Source: an uncultured Acidobacteriota bacterium (GTDB taxonomy: Bacteria > Acidobacteriota > Polarisedimenticolia > JACPZX01). Taken from it: a DNA stretch of 64,000 bases. The translations under genes were made by a program, and so were the position numbers. Position 1 is the stretch's first letter. Each line of letters starts with the position of its first letter. The stretch lies in assembly GCA_964568735.1 (NCBI GenBank), contig CAZMRF010000001.1:46699-110698 (forward strand), given 5' to 3'. This document shows, piece after piece, positions 47,170 to 56,596 of this stretch. The notes beneath the pieces were generated by a model. The model was not told where the DNA came from, made no database searches, and was given only the letters and a program-made list of their open reading frames with translations.

Positions 47170-48330
47170 ATGCGCCGTACCTTCGCACGCCGGACCGAGG
47201 GGCTCACACAATCGGAGATCCGGCGCATGAGCCGCGAGTGCGAGATCGCGGGAGGCGTCAACCTCGGCCAGGGCATCTGCGACCTGCCGATCGAGGAGGG
47301 CATCAAGAGAGGGGTCGCCCGCGCCATCGAATCCGGGCACAGCCAGTACTCGAAGTTCGAAGGCATCGATCCCCTCCGCGCCGGCATTGCCGGGAAAGCG
47401 GCTTCCTACAACGGCATCTCCTGCAACCCTGACACGCAGGTGGTCGTGACGGTTGGCTCCACGGGGGGCTTCGCCCTGGCCTGCCTCGCCCTTCTGGATC
47501 CGGGGGACGAGGCGATCGTGTTCACCCCCTACTACGCCTATCACGTGAACATGATCCGCCTCTGCGGAGCCATGCCCGTCTTCGTCCCCCTCCTGCCGCC
47601 GGAGTGGGACTTCGACGACGCCGCGCTGCAGGCCGCCTTCACTCCCAGGACACGCATGGTCGTCGTCAACACGCCGTGCAATCCGTGCGGGAAGGTCTTC
47701 ACCTCCGGGGAGCTGCAGAGGATCGGCTCGCTCTGCAGCGAAGCGGGAGCCGTGGCCGTCACCGACGAGATCTACGAGTACATCCTCTTCGACGGGCGCC
47801 GCCACGTCAGCCTGGCCTCGCTCCCCGGGATGGCGGAGCACACGGTGACGCTGTCCGGCTTCTCGAAAACCTACAGCATGACGGGATGGAGGCTCGGCTA
47901 CGCGCTCGGGCCGGAGGCGGTCATCGAGCGGATGGGGCTCCTCAACGACCTGATCTATGTCTGCGCCCCGACGCCTCTGCAGCACGGCGTCCTCGAGGCG
48001 CTCGCACTCCCGCCGGGCTACTACGAGGAGCTCCGGACCACCTACGCGGCCAAGCGCGACATGCTCGTGGACGCCTGCCGCAGGGCGCGGATCGAGCCGT
48101 GGATACCACGAGGGGCCTACTATTTCCTCGCCGACGTTTCGGCCCTCGGCTGCCCCGACGACGGCGCCGCCGCCGCGAAGCTGCTCAGGGAGGCGGGAGT
48201 GGCCACGGTGCCCGGCGGGGCCTTCTTCCCCGACCCGGCGCAGGGGCGCCGGCTCGTGCGATTCTGCTTCGCGAAGGAGCTCAGCGCCCTGGAGATGGCG
48301 GGCCGCGGCCTCGAACGGCTCCGGGCATGA
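47170..48330 (+). CDS. Class I/II PLP-dependent aminotransferase (aspartate/aromatic/MtnE-like)
   Basis: SGFSKTYSMTGWRLGY contains the PLP-lysine, over the full fold. Confidence 0.85.
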   Translation: MRRTFARRTEGLTQSEIRRMSRECEIAGGVNLGQGICDLPIEEGIKRGVARAIESGHSQYSKFEGIDPLRAGIAGKAASYNGISCNPDTQVVVTVGSTGGFALACLALLDPGDEAIVFTPYYAYHVNMIRLCGAMPVFVPLLPPEWDFDDAALQAAFTPRTRMVVVNTPCNPCGKVFTSGELQRIGSLCSEAGAVAVTDEIYEYILFDGRRHVSLASLPGMAEHTVTLSGFSKTYSMTGWRLGYALGPEAVIERMGLLNDLIYVCAPTPLQHGVLEALALPPGYYEELRTTYAAKRDMLVDACRRARIEPWIPRGAYYFLADVSALGCPDDGAAAAKLLREAGVATVPGGAFFPDPAQGRRLVRFCFAKELSALEMAGRGLERLRA

Positions 48331-49403
48331 AGCGCGCCGAGCTGGCGCGGAACCTCGCCCTCTCGGCGGGCGTGACGGTACTCCTGCTCGGGCTCATCGA
48401 AGGCGGAGTCCGCCTCGCGGGACTCGCCCCCCCCCGATCCCTCGCCTTCCCCGACATCGAGACCTGGGAGTCCAATCCCGGGCCCTTCGAGCCCAACCAG
48501 CAGTTCGTCGATCGGATGGTGCCCCGGCTCCCCCATCGGATCACCATCAACTCACACGGGTTCCGTGGCGGGCCCTTCGAGCTGCCGAAGCCTGCGGGGA
48601 CGGCTCGCGTTCTCTGCCTGGGGGACTCCTATACGTTCGGCGACTACGTGAACGACGACGAGACCTTCCCTGCGGCCCTCCAGGCAAACCTCAAACGCCT
48701 CATCCCGGAGCGGCCCACGGAAGTCATCAACGCAGGAGTCAACGGCTACACCATCGTCGACGAGCGGGAGTTTGCGGAAGAGAAGGGCTTCGCCCTGCAC
48801 CCGGATGTGATCGTCCTAGGGTTCGTGATGAACGACCTCGCCGACCTCACCCGGCGGGTCTCAACGCGCGAGAATCAGAAGACCGAGGCCGAGCGGATGT
48901 CCGTCTCGCTCCTGACTCCCATCAAGCGCATCCTGCGGCAGACCGCGACCTACAACTGGCTCTTCAAGCTCAAGGCGCAGGCCCTGGCGCGCGCCGGCAC
49001 GGACCCGACTCTCCAGGCCCTTCCGCAATATCACCTTCTCCGTCCGCCGTTCGATGAGGAGACGGAGGCGCTCTTCGTCAGGTACGCCAGTGAGCTGGGG
49101 CAGCTCGCGGACTCCGCGAGGCAGGCAAGGGTTCCGCTCCTCCTGGTGCTCTTCCCCTTCTACGAGCAGGTGGCGCGGGGCGCGACTGCAGTGGCCCAGG
49201 CGAGGATCGGCGAGATCGCAAAGGCCTCGGGAGTCCCCTGGGTGGACCTCCTTCCTGCCTTTCTGGGGCAGGGCCAGGAGGCGGGAAAGCTCTTCCTGAT
49301 GCCGCGCAACCACCATCCCTCGGCCGAGGGGTACCGGGTGGCCGCCGATGCGGTCGGGAGAGCCATCGCGGCGATTCTGAGCGGCGAAGCACGCCAGCCC
49401 TGA
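48327..49403 (+). CDS. SGNH/GDSL-family hydrolase with N-terminal membrane anchor
   Basis: CLGDSYTFG block I, GVNGYT and DxxH-type late blocks. Its start overlaps the aminotransferase stop (ATGA). Confidence 0.65.
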   Translation: MKRAELARNLALSAGVTVLLLGLIEGGVRLAGLAPPRSLAFPDIETWESNPGPFEPNQQFVDRMVPRLPHRITINSHGFRGGPFELPKPAGTARVLCLGDSYTFGDYVNDDETFPAALQANLKRLIPERPTEVINAGVNGYTIVDEREFAEEKGFALHPDVIVLGFVMNDLADLTRRVSTRENQKTEAERMSVSLLTPIKRILRQTATYNWLFKLKAQALARAGTDPTLQALPQYHLLRPPFDEETEALFVRYASELGQLADSARQARVPLLLVLFPFYEQVARGATAVAQARIGEIAKASGVPWVDLLPAFLGQGQEAGKLFLMPRNHHPSAEGYRVAADAVGRAIAAILSGEARQP

Positions 49404-49426
49404 ACCGCGGCGCCCGCCGCCGGGCG

Positions 49427-50704
49427 TCAGGAAACCTGGCTGACGCTGTCCTTCTTGCCGGCCGATCCCGGCGAGCTCTTCATCCAGGAAGGGAGCGATA
49501 TCCGCGGGAGGTAGTCCCAGGTGCGATCGTTCAGCTTGCAGCACCTGGAGCACTTCGGAAGGAGAGCGTGGTCCTTGATGAGCTTCCTGAACTCCCGGTA
49601 GGGCTCGTCGTTCCAGATCTTCCTGAAAGACTTGTCCCGGACGTTGCCGAGCCAGGTGTCGATCTGGCAGGAGTAGATGTCCCCGAAGGGATTCACCCGC
49701 GTCTCGTACCAGGGAAGGAAGCACTTGTTCGTGTAGAAGTACATCGGATCGTTGAACCGCGACTCCAGCTCGTGGTCTTCGAGGGGCGGATTGAACTCGA
49801 GCTGGATGCCCTTCTCCGCCGCCTTCGCCCGGGCCTTCCGAAGCTGGTCCTTCATGATCGCCACGCTCATCTTGCGGAGATGCGCGGGAATCGCCTGGTC
49901 GCCGTAGTTGGCCTGCCCCCTCAGGGTGATGAGGTCGGTGGCCTTGTTGATGGGCTCGTCGCCGAAGAAGAGATAGCCGTAGTTCACCAGCCGGATCCCG
50001 CACTCCTCGGCCACGTCGATGATCTCCGCGATGTGCTCCTGATTCAGGGCGGAGACCGCGCAGCTGAATGAGATCTTGGGGCGGTCCTTTCCCTTCCGCT
50101 CCTTCCAGGCCTGCAGCTTCTTGACGTTCTTGACCAGGCGGGCGTAGCCCGTGTCCGACCCGCGCACCTCGTTGTGCACCAGCTCGGGCCCGTCCAGCGA
50201 GATCGTCAGGGCATCCACCTTCGACTCGACGAAGGCATCGCAGATCTCGTCCGTCATTACCGTGCCGTTGCTGATCATGGAGACCCAGAAGCCGTTCTTC
50301 TTCGCGTGGCGCATGATGGAGGCCGCGTTCTTCTTGATGAGCGGCTCGCCCCCGGTGATGTTCACCTTCCGAACGCCGAAGGCCTTCAGCTCGTCGAAGA
50401 GCTTGACGTAGTCCTCGTATTCCAGCTCGGACCCGCGGACCTCCTTGGGGTCGGCGCCCTCCGGGCCGCGGTTCATCGGAAAGCCTCCGTCCACGACGGC
50501 ATTACTGACGACGAAGCTGCACATCTGGCAGCGGAGATTGCACCTGTAGGTCAGCTCGATGTTGACGTTGGTGGGGGGAAGGGCGTATCCGAGGCCGAAG
50601 TTGTAAGGCACCCAGTAGTAGGGAACCAGGAGGCGCTTGGAGGTGAGCCCCACCAGCTTGAGGGCGCGATAGGTGGTGTGAAGCACCTTGTTGGTGGCGA
50701 TCAT
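49427..50704 (-). CDS. Radical SAM enzyme with C-terminal SPASM/twitch Cys cluster
   Basis: Core CNLRCQMC (CX3CX2C), ITGGEPL, and a C-terminal CFLPW...CQ...C..CC Cys-rich domain. Confidence 0.8.
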   Translation of the reverse strand: MIATNKVLHTTYRALKLVGLTSKRLLVPYYWVPYNFGLGYALPPTNVNIELTYRCNLRCQMCSFVVSNAVVDGGFPMNRGPEGADPKEVRGSELEYEDYVKLFDELKAFGVRKVNITGGEPLIKKNAASIMRHAKKNGFWVSMISNGTVMTDEICDAFVESKVDALTISLDGPELVHNEVRGSDTGYARLVKNVKKLQAWKERKGKDRPKISFSCAVSALNQEHIAEIIDVAEECGIRLVNYGYLFFGDEPINKATDLITLRGQANYGDQAIPAHLRKMSVAIMKDQLRKARAKAAEKGIQLEFNPPLEDHELESRFNDPMYFYTNKCFLPWYETRVNPFGDIYSCQIDTWLGNVRDKSFRKIWNDEPYREFRKLIKDHALLPKCSRCCKLNDRTWDYLPRISLPSWMKSSPGSAGKKDSVSQVS

Positions 50705-50921
50705 GAAATGTGGGCTCCAGGAGTGGGCGCGTGCGGGGCAGGAGGCAGATCCTGACGTGGCGTTCCACCCCGCGGCTCCGGCTGCTGCCGTGCTGAGCGG
50801 CCCCTGTGGCTGAGGCCTCCGTGGAGCAGGTCCCCCCGAATGCCGTGAATATACCCGGGGAACCCTGCGGGAGCAAGGCAGTCGGCCGGAAGGGCCTGTC
50901 GTGCGGGGCCGCTGGTGCGAT

Positions 50922-52568
50922 TCACCCCGTCGAGGGGCGGCCGGCCCCCGTTCGAGGCCCCGACGGAGCCGACAGGGGCGAATCGCCGCCAGGCCCCGCT
51001 CCGGCGCCCGGGAGAGCCGCGGAATCATCGATCCGCTCCGTCCAGAGCCGGCAGTTCCCGTTGAGGCACTCCCCCGTCGTCAGGTCGAACCGGTAGTGGT
51101 GGTTGAGGCAGGTGATGATCGTGCCCTCTACCGGAGCGCCCTCCAGTGAAGCGCCCGCATGGGGGCACTTCCGGGCGATCCGGAAGCGCCCTTCGGAGGT
51201 CTCGACGACAATCGACTCGCCTTCCGAGGGGCGCGTCTCGTACTTCTCGATCGCGGCGAGGGCCTCCGAATCGGCCCACTTCAGCCAGGCGAGGAGGTGA
51301 TCGTTGTAGACGTCCGGATCGCGCCGCGCCGAGAACCTCAGCGACAGGAAGAAGTCCTCCCAGGGGAGGTCGTGCGCGAGGATCCGGTGGAGCCAGATCG
51401 CGTCGAGGCGGATCGTGTAGTTCGCCTGCTCGCCCTCGTAGCGCTTCACCTCGAAGCGACGGGGCCGGCACCGGACCAGGTAGTCCCCCCCATGCCGCCC
51501 CTCCGCCACGAAGCGGAGGTCCATGTCGATCCGGCGGAGGAAGTAGTCGCTCATGCTCCCCAGCTTCGTGAAGTAGGCCCGGAGATCCTCGAAGAGGTCT
51601 CTTTCCGGCCCCTCGATCGCGGCGACGTGCGCCTCGATCGAAGGCCTCATCCTGCGCGCGTAGTCCTCCAGGTAGGCCTCCTTCCGATCGAAGGAGAACT
51701 CGTCGTGCATCCGCGCATCCGGCTCGTGGAGCCCGCTCGCCAGATCGAGCCCGTCACCCGGAAGGAGGATCTCAAGCCGGCCGGCATACCCGCGTCCCGC
51801 GAGCCATTCCACGCTTTCCTTCTGGTCGGGGAAGATCCCGCTTCCCGCCATTCCGTCGTTGCAGTGGAAGATCGGCGCGTCGAGGAATGCCGCGGGGCCC
51901 GCCGCGGGCAGCCCGATGCGGGGCTCGAACCTCTCGAGCATCCGGTAGGCGTACTCCAGCTTGACCCGTCTCTTCTCGGCGGAGTGCTCGACCATGCGTG
52001 CCGGCTCGTACTCGTAGCAGATGGGATACCAGCTCGCGCCCGCGCACTGGAGCAGCAGCCCGTCGACTTTCCCTCCGACACGCTCCTTGAGCTGGTCGAC
52101 CTGCTGCACCGTCAGGCGCGCATCGTTCATGTCCACGAAGACCGAGTCGGGGCCGAGGATCGAAATGACCGCGTCCTGGTTGGTCGGAGACTCCTCGAGC
52201 GTGAAGATCACGCGCAGCCCATCACCGAGCACGTGCTCCCTCCCCTCCTCGACCTCGATGACGGGGTTCCCGCACACCGCGGAGAGCTTCCGCCTCAGGT
52301 TGCTGGAGGGGTAGGCGGGGACCACGACGGGGGTCTGCGGCGGGAGCTTCGCTGTAAGGAAGTGGGGATCGAGGTGATCCAGGTGCTCGTGCGAGAGGAC
52401 GACGGCGGCGAGGTCCGTGTAGTCGCGATCCCAGAGGTGGTGATTGCAGGGGAACTGGAGCCAGGCCGCGTGGTAGGCGCCCAGGGGCGAGAGCCAGGGA
52501 TCACAGGCCACGCGGGTCCTCCCCGAGGAGGCGATGAAGCCGGCATGGCCGAGAAACTCTATGCGCAT
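50922..52568 (-). CDS. Fusion of an MBL-fold metallo-hydrolase domain with a C-terminal Rieske [2Fe-2S] domain
   Basis: SHEHLDHLD is the MBL zinc motif. The C-terminal CPHAGASL...CLNHHYRFD is a Rieske CXH...CXXH arrangement. Confidence 0.75.
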   Translation of the reverse strand: MRIEFLGHAGFIASSGRTRVACDPWLSPLGAYHAAWLQFPCNHHLWDRDYTDLAAVVLSHEHLDHLDPHFLTAKLPPQTPVVVPAYPSSNLRRKLSAVCGNPVIEVEEGREHVLGDGLRVIFTLEESPTNQDAVISILGPDSVFVDMNDARLTVQQVDQLKERVGGKVDGLLLQCAGASWYPICYEYEPARMVEHSAEKRRVKLEYAYRMLERFEPRIGLPAAGPAAFLDAPIFHCNDGMAGSGIFPDQKESVEWLAGRGYAGRLEILLPGDGLDLASGLHEPDARMHDEFSFDRKEAYLEDYARRMRPSIEAHVAAIEGPERDLFEDLRAYFTKLGSMSDYFLRRIDMDLRFVAEGRHGGDYLVRCRPRRFEVKRYEGEQANYTIRLDAIWLHRILAHDLPWEDFFLSLRFSARRDPDVYNDHLLAWLKWADSEALAAIEKYETRPSEGESIVVETSEGRFRIARKCPHAGASLEGAPVEGTIITCLNHHYRFDLTTGECLNGNCRLWTERIDDSAALPGAGAGPGGDSPLSAPSGPRTGAGRPSTG

Positions 52569-52775
52569 GGCGATCTAACCCCTCGGTTCCCTTCGACAAC
52601 GGTACTCATCGGGCCGCGCGCGGGGCTCGCGCTCCGCTCCCGGCTACGGCCGTAGGTGATCGAGCTTCATCCCGCACCGGGGCGCGGCCTCCGGACGTCC
52701 GCTCCGCGCAAGCCCCGCGCGCTTCGGATGGGCCAGATCGCCTTCAGTCCAGTCGAAACCGGAAGTTTGGGGGCA

Positions 52776-54623
52776 CTACCGAGAGGTGTCAAGGGAAAGC
52801 GACGCCTCAAGGGCTTCTCGGAGGGATGGGTCCGAGGCGGTCAGCGGTCCGTGGCGCTCCCAGGAGAGCTTCCCCTCGGAGTCGTAGAGGAAGGAGGCGG
52901 GGAGCGTGGCGGCGCCGAAGAGCGTGGCGGCCTTCCCCGAGGTGTCGTGGAGGATGTCGTAGGGAATGGCTTCCTTCTCGACGAACCGCCGAATGTCCTC
53001 TGCCGCTCCGGGCGCATCCAGGCTGAGTCCCACGACCCTCAGGCCGCGGGCAGCGAACTCCTCATGGAGGCGAGCGAGGTCGGGCATCTCCGCGCGGCAG
53101 GGAGCGCACCAGGTCGCCCACAGGTTCAGGAGGAGGGGTCGTCCGGTGAGATCTCCGAGATCCCGGTGACTACCTCCCAGGTCCGTCACGCTGAGAGAAG
53201 GAAGGTGAGAGCCGGGCTCCGCAGCGTCACCCGGGATCGATGCCCGGCTCCCGTTGCGCTCCGTCACCGGCGGCAGACGTGGGGCGTCGAGCCAGGCCGA
53301 ATGGACGTGCGACGGAGTCTCCGCATCCGTCCAGGCGACGACGATGCGGCGTCCTGCAACCGCAGTGCGTGGGAATCCCGCGGCGCGCGACTTCAGAGTC
53401 CGTGCGAGATCGAAGGTTGCGCCCACGGAACCGTCCGGACTCACCCGCCGCACACGGATGACGCCCTCCTCTTCCGAGGATGCGATCCATGTCACGACCG
53501 CGTCACCCTCCGGGAGGAGATCCACGTCCACACGCCCCATCGGCGCATCGCCATCGATCTCGACCGGCGATCCCCAGCTCTCCCCCGCGCTCTCGGAGAA
53601 GGCTGCGAGCACCCGGCCTTCGTTCCCCGGCGCCGTGTACCAGGCCACGGCGACCCGGTCGCCCGAGGCCGCCAGCGCGGGGCCGTTCACCGGGCATCCG
53701 GGCACTTCCCATCCATCCTCGTGGATCCTGAGCGGCTCGCTCCACCCGGCGCCTTCACGCCGCACGATCGCGATGTCCCTGATCTCGCTCTCCGACCGGT
53801 CCCGGTAGGCGACGAGCGGGCCTCGCGCGGTCAGCGCAGCCGCCGTCTGACAGCACTCGCAGGTGCGGGGATCGAGGAGCGTGCTGGGGCCGATCGTCTC
53901 AGCAATGAGTGCGGTCCTCAACCCCATACTGCCCGCGCCGTGACCCCCTTCGTCGTGACCCTCCCCCGCTCCCATATCACGACCATCCAGCCAGAAGGCC
54001 CTCACGCCCCCGCCTTCTTCCACGAAGGAAACGAAGCCGTGCTCGGCAGCAACCGAGTCGTCATTGAGCTTTCCCGCAGGCTCCCATGCCTTCCCTCCAT
54101 CCCGCGAGCGCGCCATGAAGACGTCATAGGCATAGGTGTCCTCGCCGCTCTTCTGCAGCCAGTGGGCGAAGATCGTCCCATCACGGGAGCGGGCCGCGGC
54201 GGGGAAGTCGGCCCAGTTCACGAAGAAGCTGTCGCCGGAGGCTACCGTTCTCGCATCGCTCCACCTGTTTCCATCGAGGATGGCGAACCGAAGCCGGTGG
54301 CGCGCGCCGCCCTTCCCGTCGTGCTCCGGCTCGGGCTCCAGCCAGGTCGCAAGGGTCTCTTCGCCGGCCACCGCGAGCTGCGCCGCCATCGAGCCCGTCC
54401 CCGCAGGCGGATCGATGGCCAGCCAGCTCAGGGGCGGAACCTCGCGCGCAAGTACAGCGGACTCCATCGGAGGGGGCTCCGGAGGATCGCCGGGAGCGCA
54501 TCCCGCTGAAAGCACCGTCACGAGTACCAGCAGGGCGCACATCGCGCGCGTGAAGATGTCACCCACCATTCGTGTGAGGCTCCCGGCAACCTGTCCGGCG
54601 ATTCCGATCGCTTCCGAGATCAT
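52776..54623 (-). CDS. Lipoprotein fusing a BNR/sialidase-like beta-propeller with a C-terminal TlpA/ResA-type thioredoxin
   Basis: Lipobox LSAGC. The propeller has repeated S.D.G..W motifs. C-terminal WATWCAPC with a thioredoxin fold. Confidence 0.65.
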   Translation of the reverse strand: MISEAIGIAGQVAGSLTRMVGDIFTRAMCALLVLVTVLSAGCAPGDPPEPPPMESAVLAREVPPLSWLAIDPPAGTGSMAAQLAVAGEETLATWLEPEPEHDGKGGARHRLRFAILDGNRWSDARTVASGDSFFVNWADFPAAARSRDGTIFAHWLQKSGEDTYAYDVFMARSRDGGKAWEPAGKLNDDSVAAEHGFVSFVEEGGGVRAFWLDGRDMGAGEGHDEGGHGAGSMGLRTALIAETIGPSTLLDPRTCECCQTAAALTARGPLVAYRDRSESEIRDIAIVRREGAGWSEPLRIHEDGWEVPGCPVNGPALAASGDRVAVAWYTAPGNEGRVLAAFSESAGESWGSPVEIDGDAPMGRVDVDLLPEGDAVVTWIASSEEEGVIRVRRVSPDGSVGATFDLARTLKSRAAGFPRTAVAGRRIVVAWTDAETPSHVHSAWLDAPRLPPVTERNGSRASIPGDAAEPGSHLPSLSVTDLGGSHRDLGDLTGRPLLLNLWATWCAPCRAEMPDLARLHEEFAARGLRVVGLSLDAPGAAEDIRRFVEKEAIPYDILHDTSGKAATLFGAATLPASFLYDSEGKLSWERHGPLTASDPSLREALEASLSLDTSR

Positions 54624-54734
54624 GTCATATCGCCCGCGGGGATCGGTCGATTCTGGGCCGGGTGCGGTCCCGCGGCAGGGTGAACCCAGAGGCCTGCGTA
54701 AGCGCACGCACGATCCGCTTGAGCGGCTGCGGCA

Positions 54735-55115
54735 CTACGTTCGCCATTCGTCAAGATAGCGCTTGACGATTGGCGGGAGAGGCACCGGAAACGCAAACTC
54801 GCCTCGGGGTATCTCGCGCGGCGGCCGAAGCTGGGGGCGCCAGTGGTACTTGAGCAGGACGCTCTCAACCGTTCCGCGAGCGAGACAATCTTCAACAAAG
54901 AGCTGCACCGCCTCCAGGAGGTTCGCCATCGCCTCGCCGTCCGTCTTCCCCTGCGTGACGACGGGCAGCGCGATGCACTCGGCGACATACCAGTCGCCCT
55001 CCATCCGGACCGTCCCGTTGAGGTAGATGTTCACCTTCCGAATCACCGAGTGGCCTCCGTTGATAGACTTGACGGACGTGAATACACGCCTCCGGCCCCA
55101 GAGCGGCAACGCCAT
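54735..55115 (-). CDS. HicB-like (UPF0150) domain protein, orphan with no adjacent hicA detected
   Basis: IYLNGTVRMEGDWYVAECIALPVVTQGKTDGEAMANLLEAVQLFVED matches the HicB N-terminal fold pattern. Start uncertain. Confidence 0.45.
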   Translation of the reverse strand: MALPLWGRRRVFTSVKSINGGHSVIRKVNIYLNGTVRMEGDWYVAECIALPVVTQGKTDGEAMANLLEAVQLFVEDCLARGTVESVLLKYHWRPQLRPPREIPRGEFAFPVPLPPIVKRYLDEWRT

Positions 55116-55173
55116 GCTCGGGGGACACTGGCGGTCTCTCGGGATTCTGCGATGACCGAAGCGCACCCGTTCG

Positions 55174-55262
55174 GTGCCCCTTCTCTACAAGCTGACGAAC
55201 GGCTTCATCCTTGGATTCGGGCGAGTATCGCTGCTGGCTCACGGGGAGTCCTCGGATAGGCT
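55174..55262 (-). pseudogene. Remnant of an IS3-family transposase OrfA N-terminus (about 30 codons, no intact ORF)
   Basis: A translated fragment RYSPESKDEAVRQLVEKGH resembles the IS3 OrfA N-terminal HTH (RxFSPEFKxEAVRLV) but then degenerates. Confidence 0.25.
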
Positions 55263-55404
55263 CAATTCTAGCCTCCGGGGCGTCCACGAGATCGCGGGAA
55301 GCCCAGTTTTTTCTCAGGGAGGTCAGAAATCTTCATCGATCCGCCTGGCGAATTCCTCACAACCTGGGCTCTTCAGAACGGCCGACAGGCCTCCGAGGGG
55401 AAGA

Positions 55405-55460
55405 AAGTCCCCGCCCAACGGAACTTGAATCCGTGTTGCAACTGCTAGTCCTCAGTACAG
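55405..55460 (-). repeat. Degenerate partial copy of tRNA-Glu (D-arm fragment plus T-arm, with the anticodon loop deleted), a direct repeat of the tRNA-Glu 1 kb away
   Basis: ...aacggaacttgaatccgtgttgca... versus tRNA ...aacgggatttgaacccgtgttgca.... The T-stem is kept by compensatory changes and about 10 nt of the anticodon region are absent. Confidence 0.5.
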
Positions 55461-56270
55461 TGGCTCTCCTCGCAGCGAGGATTCCTGGAGGGGAATCCGT
55501 AGGCTGTAGCGGGCGAGTAGGGCCTGCACCGTTTCCTCGAAATCAGGCTTCGCGTATGGCGATACGATGATCGCATCGACGAATGACTCAAGATCGTCGA
55601 TCGGACAGGTCAGTCCGTCCGGAGGCGAGTGCATCTCGGCCGGTGCCGCGGGAACCCACCATACGACTACACGGACCTCAGATTCGTGCTCGTATGCTCG
55701 TCGCTTAAAGAAGAAGGGACCGAACGGCAACGCACCGGCCTCAGGGATGTAGTCCTTCTGATAGTCACCATAACGAACGACACCGACCGTTGAGAAGGGC
55801 GCGGTCAGATCCCGCAGCTTGCGGTATGTAGAACGAATGCATATCGTTGTTTCGCGGTCGTCGTAGTGGTGCCAGAAGTCGCTCTCATGGTTCCGCATAT
55901 GCCAGCATGAGATGAACATCCGCCTCGGTAGGGTCTTACCGAATGACTCCTGGCTTGAGAGAATCTCGGCCTTCACTTTCGCGCGGCGCTCTTCTAGTTC
56001 GGGGTATCTAGGAAGCGCCTTCTCGATCTGATCCTCCCGGATTCTGATGTTCGCAAGTGGCATCGCGCCCTCGAATCGATCTCCGAGGTCATCGGCTCGC
56101 GAAAAGTAGAGGCTCTTGGTCTCGAGCAAGTCTGACAACCTCTCGAACTTCATGAACCTCCAAATCGTGCTACCAGGGTCTCCTGGAGGATTCACCTCCC
56201 TAGGAATCTGGCCACCGCGCATGAGCACACCAACTGTCGCAATCTTCTTGTGAGCGCGCTCATCCATCAT
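55452..56270 (-). CDS. DUF2971-family protein
   Basis: IWRFMKFERLSDLLETKSLYFSRADDLGDRFEG matches the DUF2971 N-terminal signature. The gene is visibly lower in GC than its flanks and lies between tRNA-Glu and its partial repeat. Confidence 0.55.
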   Translation of the reverse strand: MMDERAHKKIATVGVLMRGGQIPREVNPPGDPGSTIWRFMKFERLSDLLETKSLYFSRADDLGDRFEGAMPLANIRIREDQIEKALPRYPELEERRAKVKAEILSSQESFGKTLPRRMFISCWHMRNHESDFWHHYDDRETTICIRSTYRKLRDLTAPFSTVGVVRYGDYQKDYIPEAGALPFGPFFFKRRAYEHESEVRVVVWWVPAAPAEMHSPPDGLTCPIDDLESFVDAIIVSPYAKPDFEETVQALLARYSLRIPLQESSLRGEPLY

Positions 56271-56438
56271 CGGGCAGTTATCTCCATAGGACTGAACATC
56301 CCCCTGCCTGGGCAAACGAGAAAAAGGCTCTGAATCGTCCCTCTCCCAGCCGATATGAAGCCTTCCCGCCTCGATGGACCAGATCGGACGGACCGTTAGC
56401 CACCAACGCGACCTCCACACTCGCGGGAGGAGGAAAGT

Positions 56439-56516
56439 TGGCGTCCCCAACGGGATTTGAACCCGTGTTGCAGCCTTGAAAGGGCTGAGTCCTAGGCCGA
56501 GCTAGACGATGGGGAC
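56439..56516 (-). tRNA. tRNA-Glu (anticodon TTC)
   Basis: Reverse complement GTCCCCATCGTCTAGCTCGGCCTAGGACTCAGCCCTTTCAAGGCTGCAACACGGGTTCAAATCCCGTTGGGGACGCCA. It has a GTCCCC...GGGGAC acceptor, a CTTTCAA anticodon loop and an encoded CCA. Confidence 0.8.
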
Positions 56517-56596
56517 GCGCGGGCCGTTGCCGGGGGCCTGTCCGAGTGGGGGCGCATTCTAGATCCGCGCTCCCGGCGCGTCTATCATCGCGGGCC

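Noticed and set aside
55174-55287. Intact IS3 transposase or hicA partner next to the HicB-like gene
   Set aside because: Only about 20 residues resemble a transposase HTH before the similarity collapses. No HicA-like (about 60-aa, dsRBD-like) ORF is present on either strand between 54.7 and 55.5 kb.
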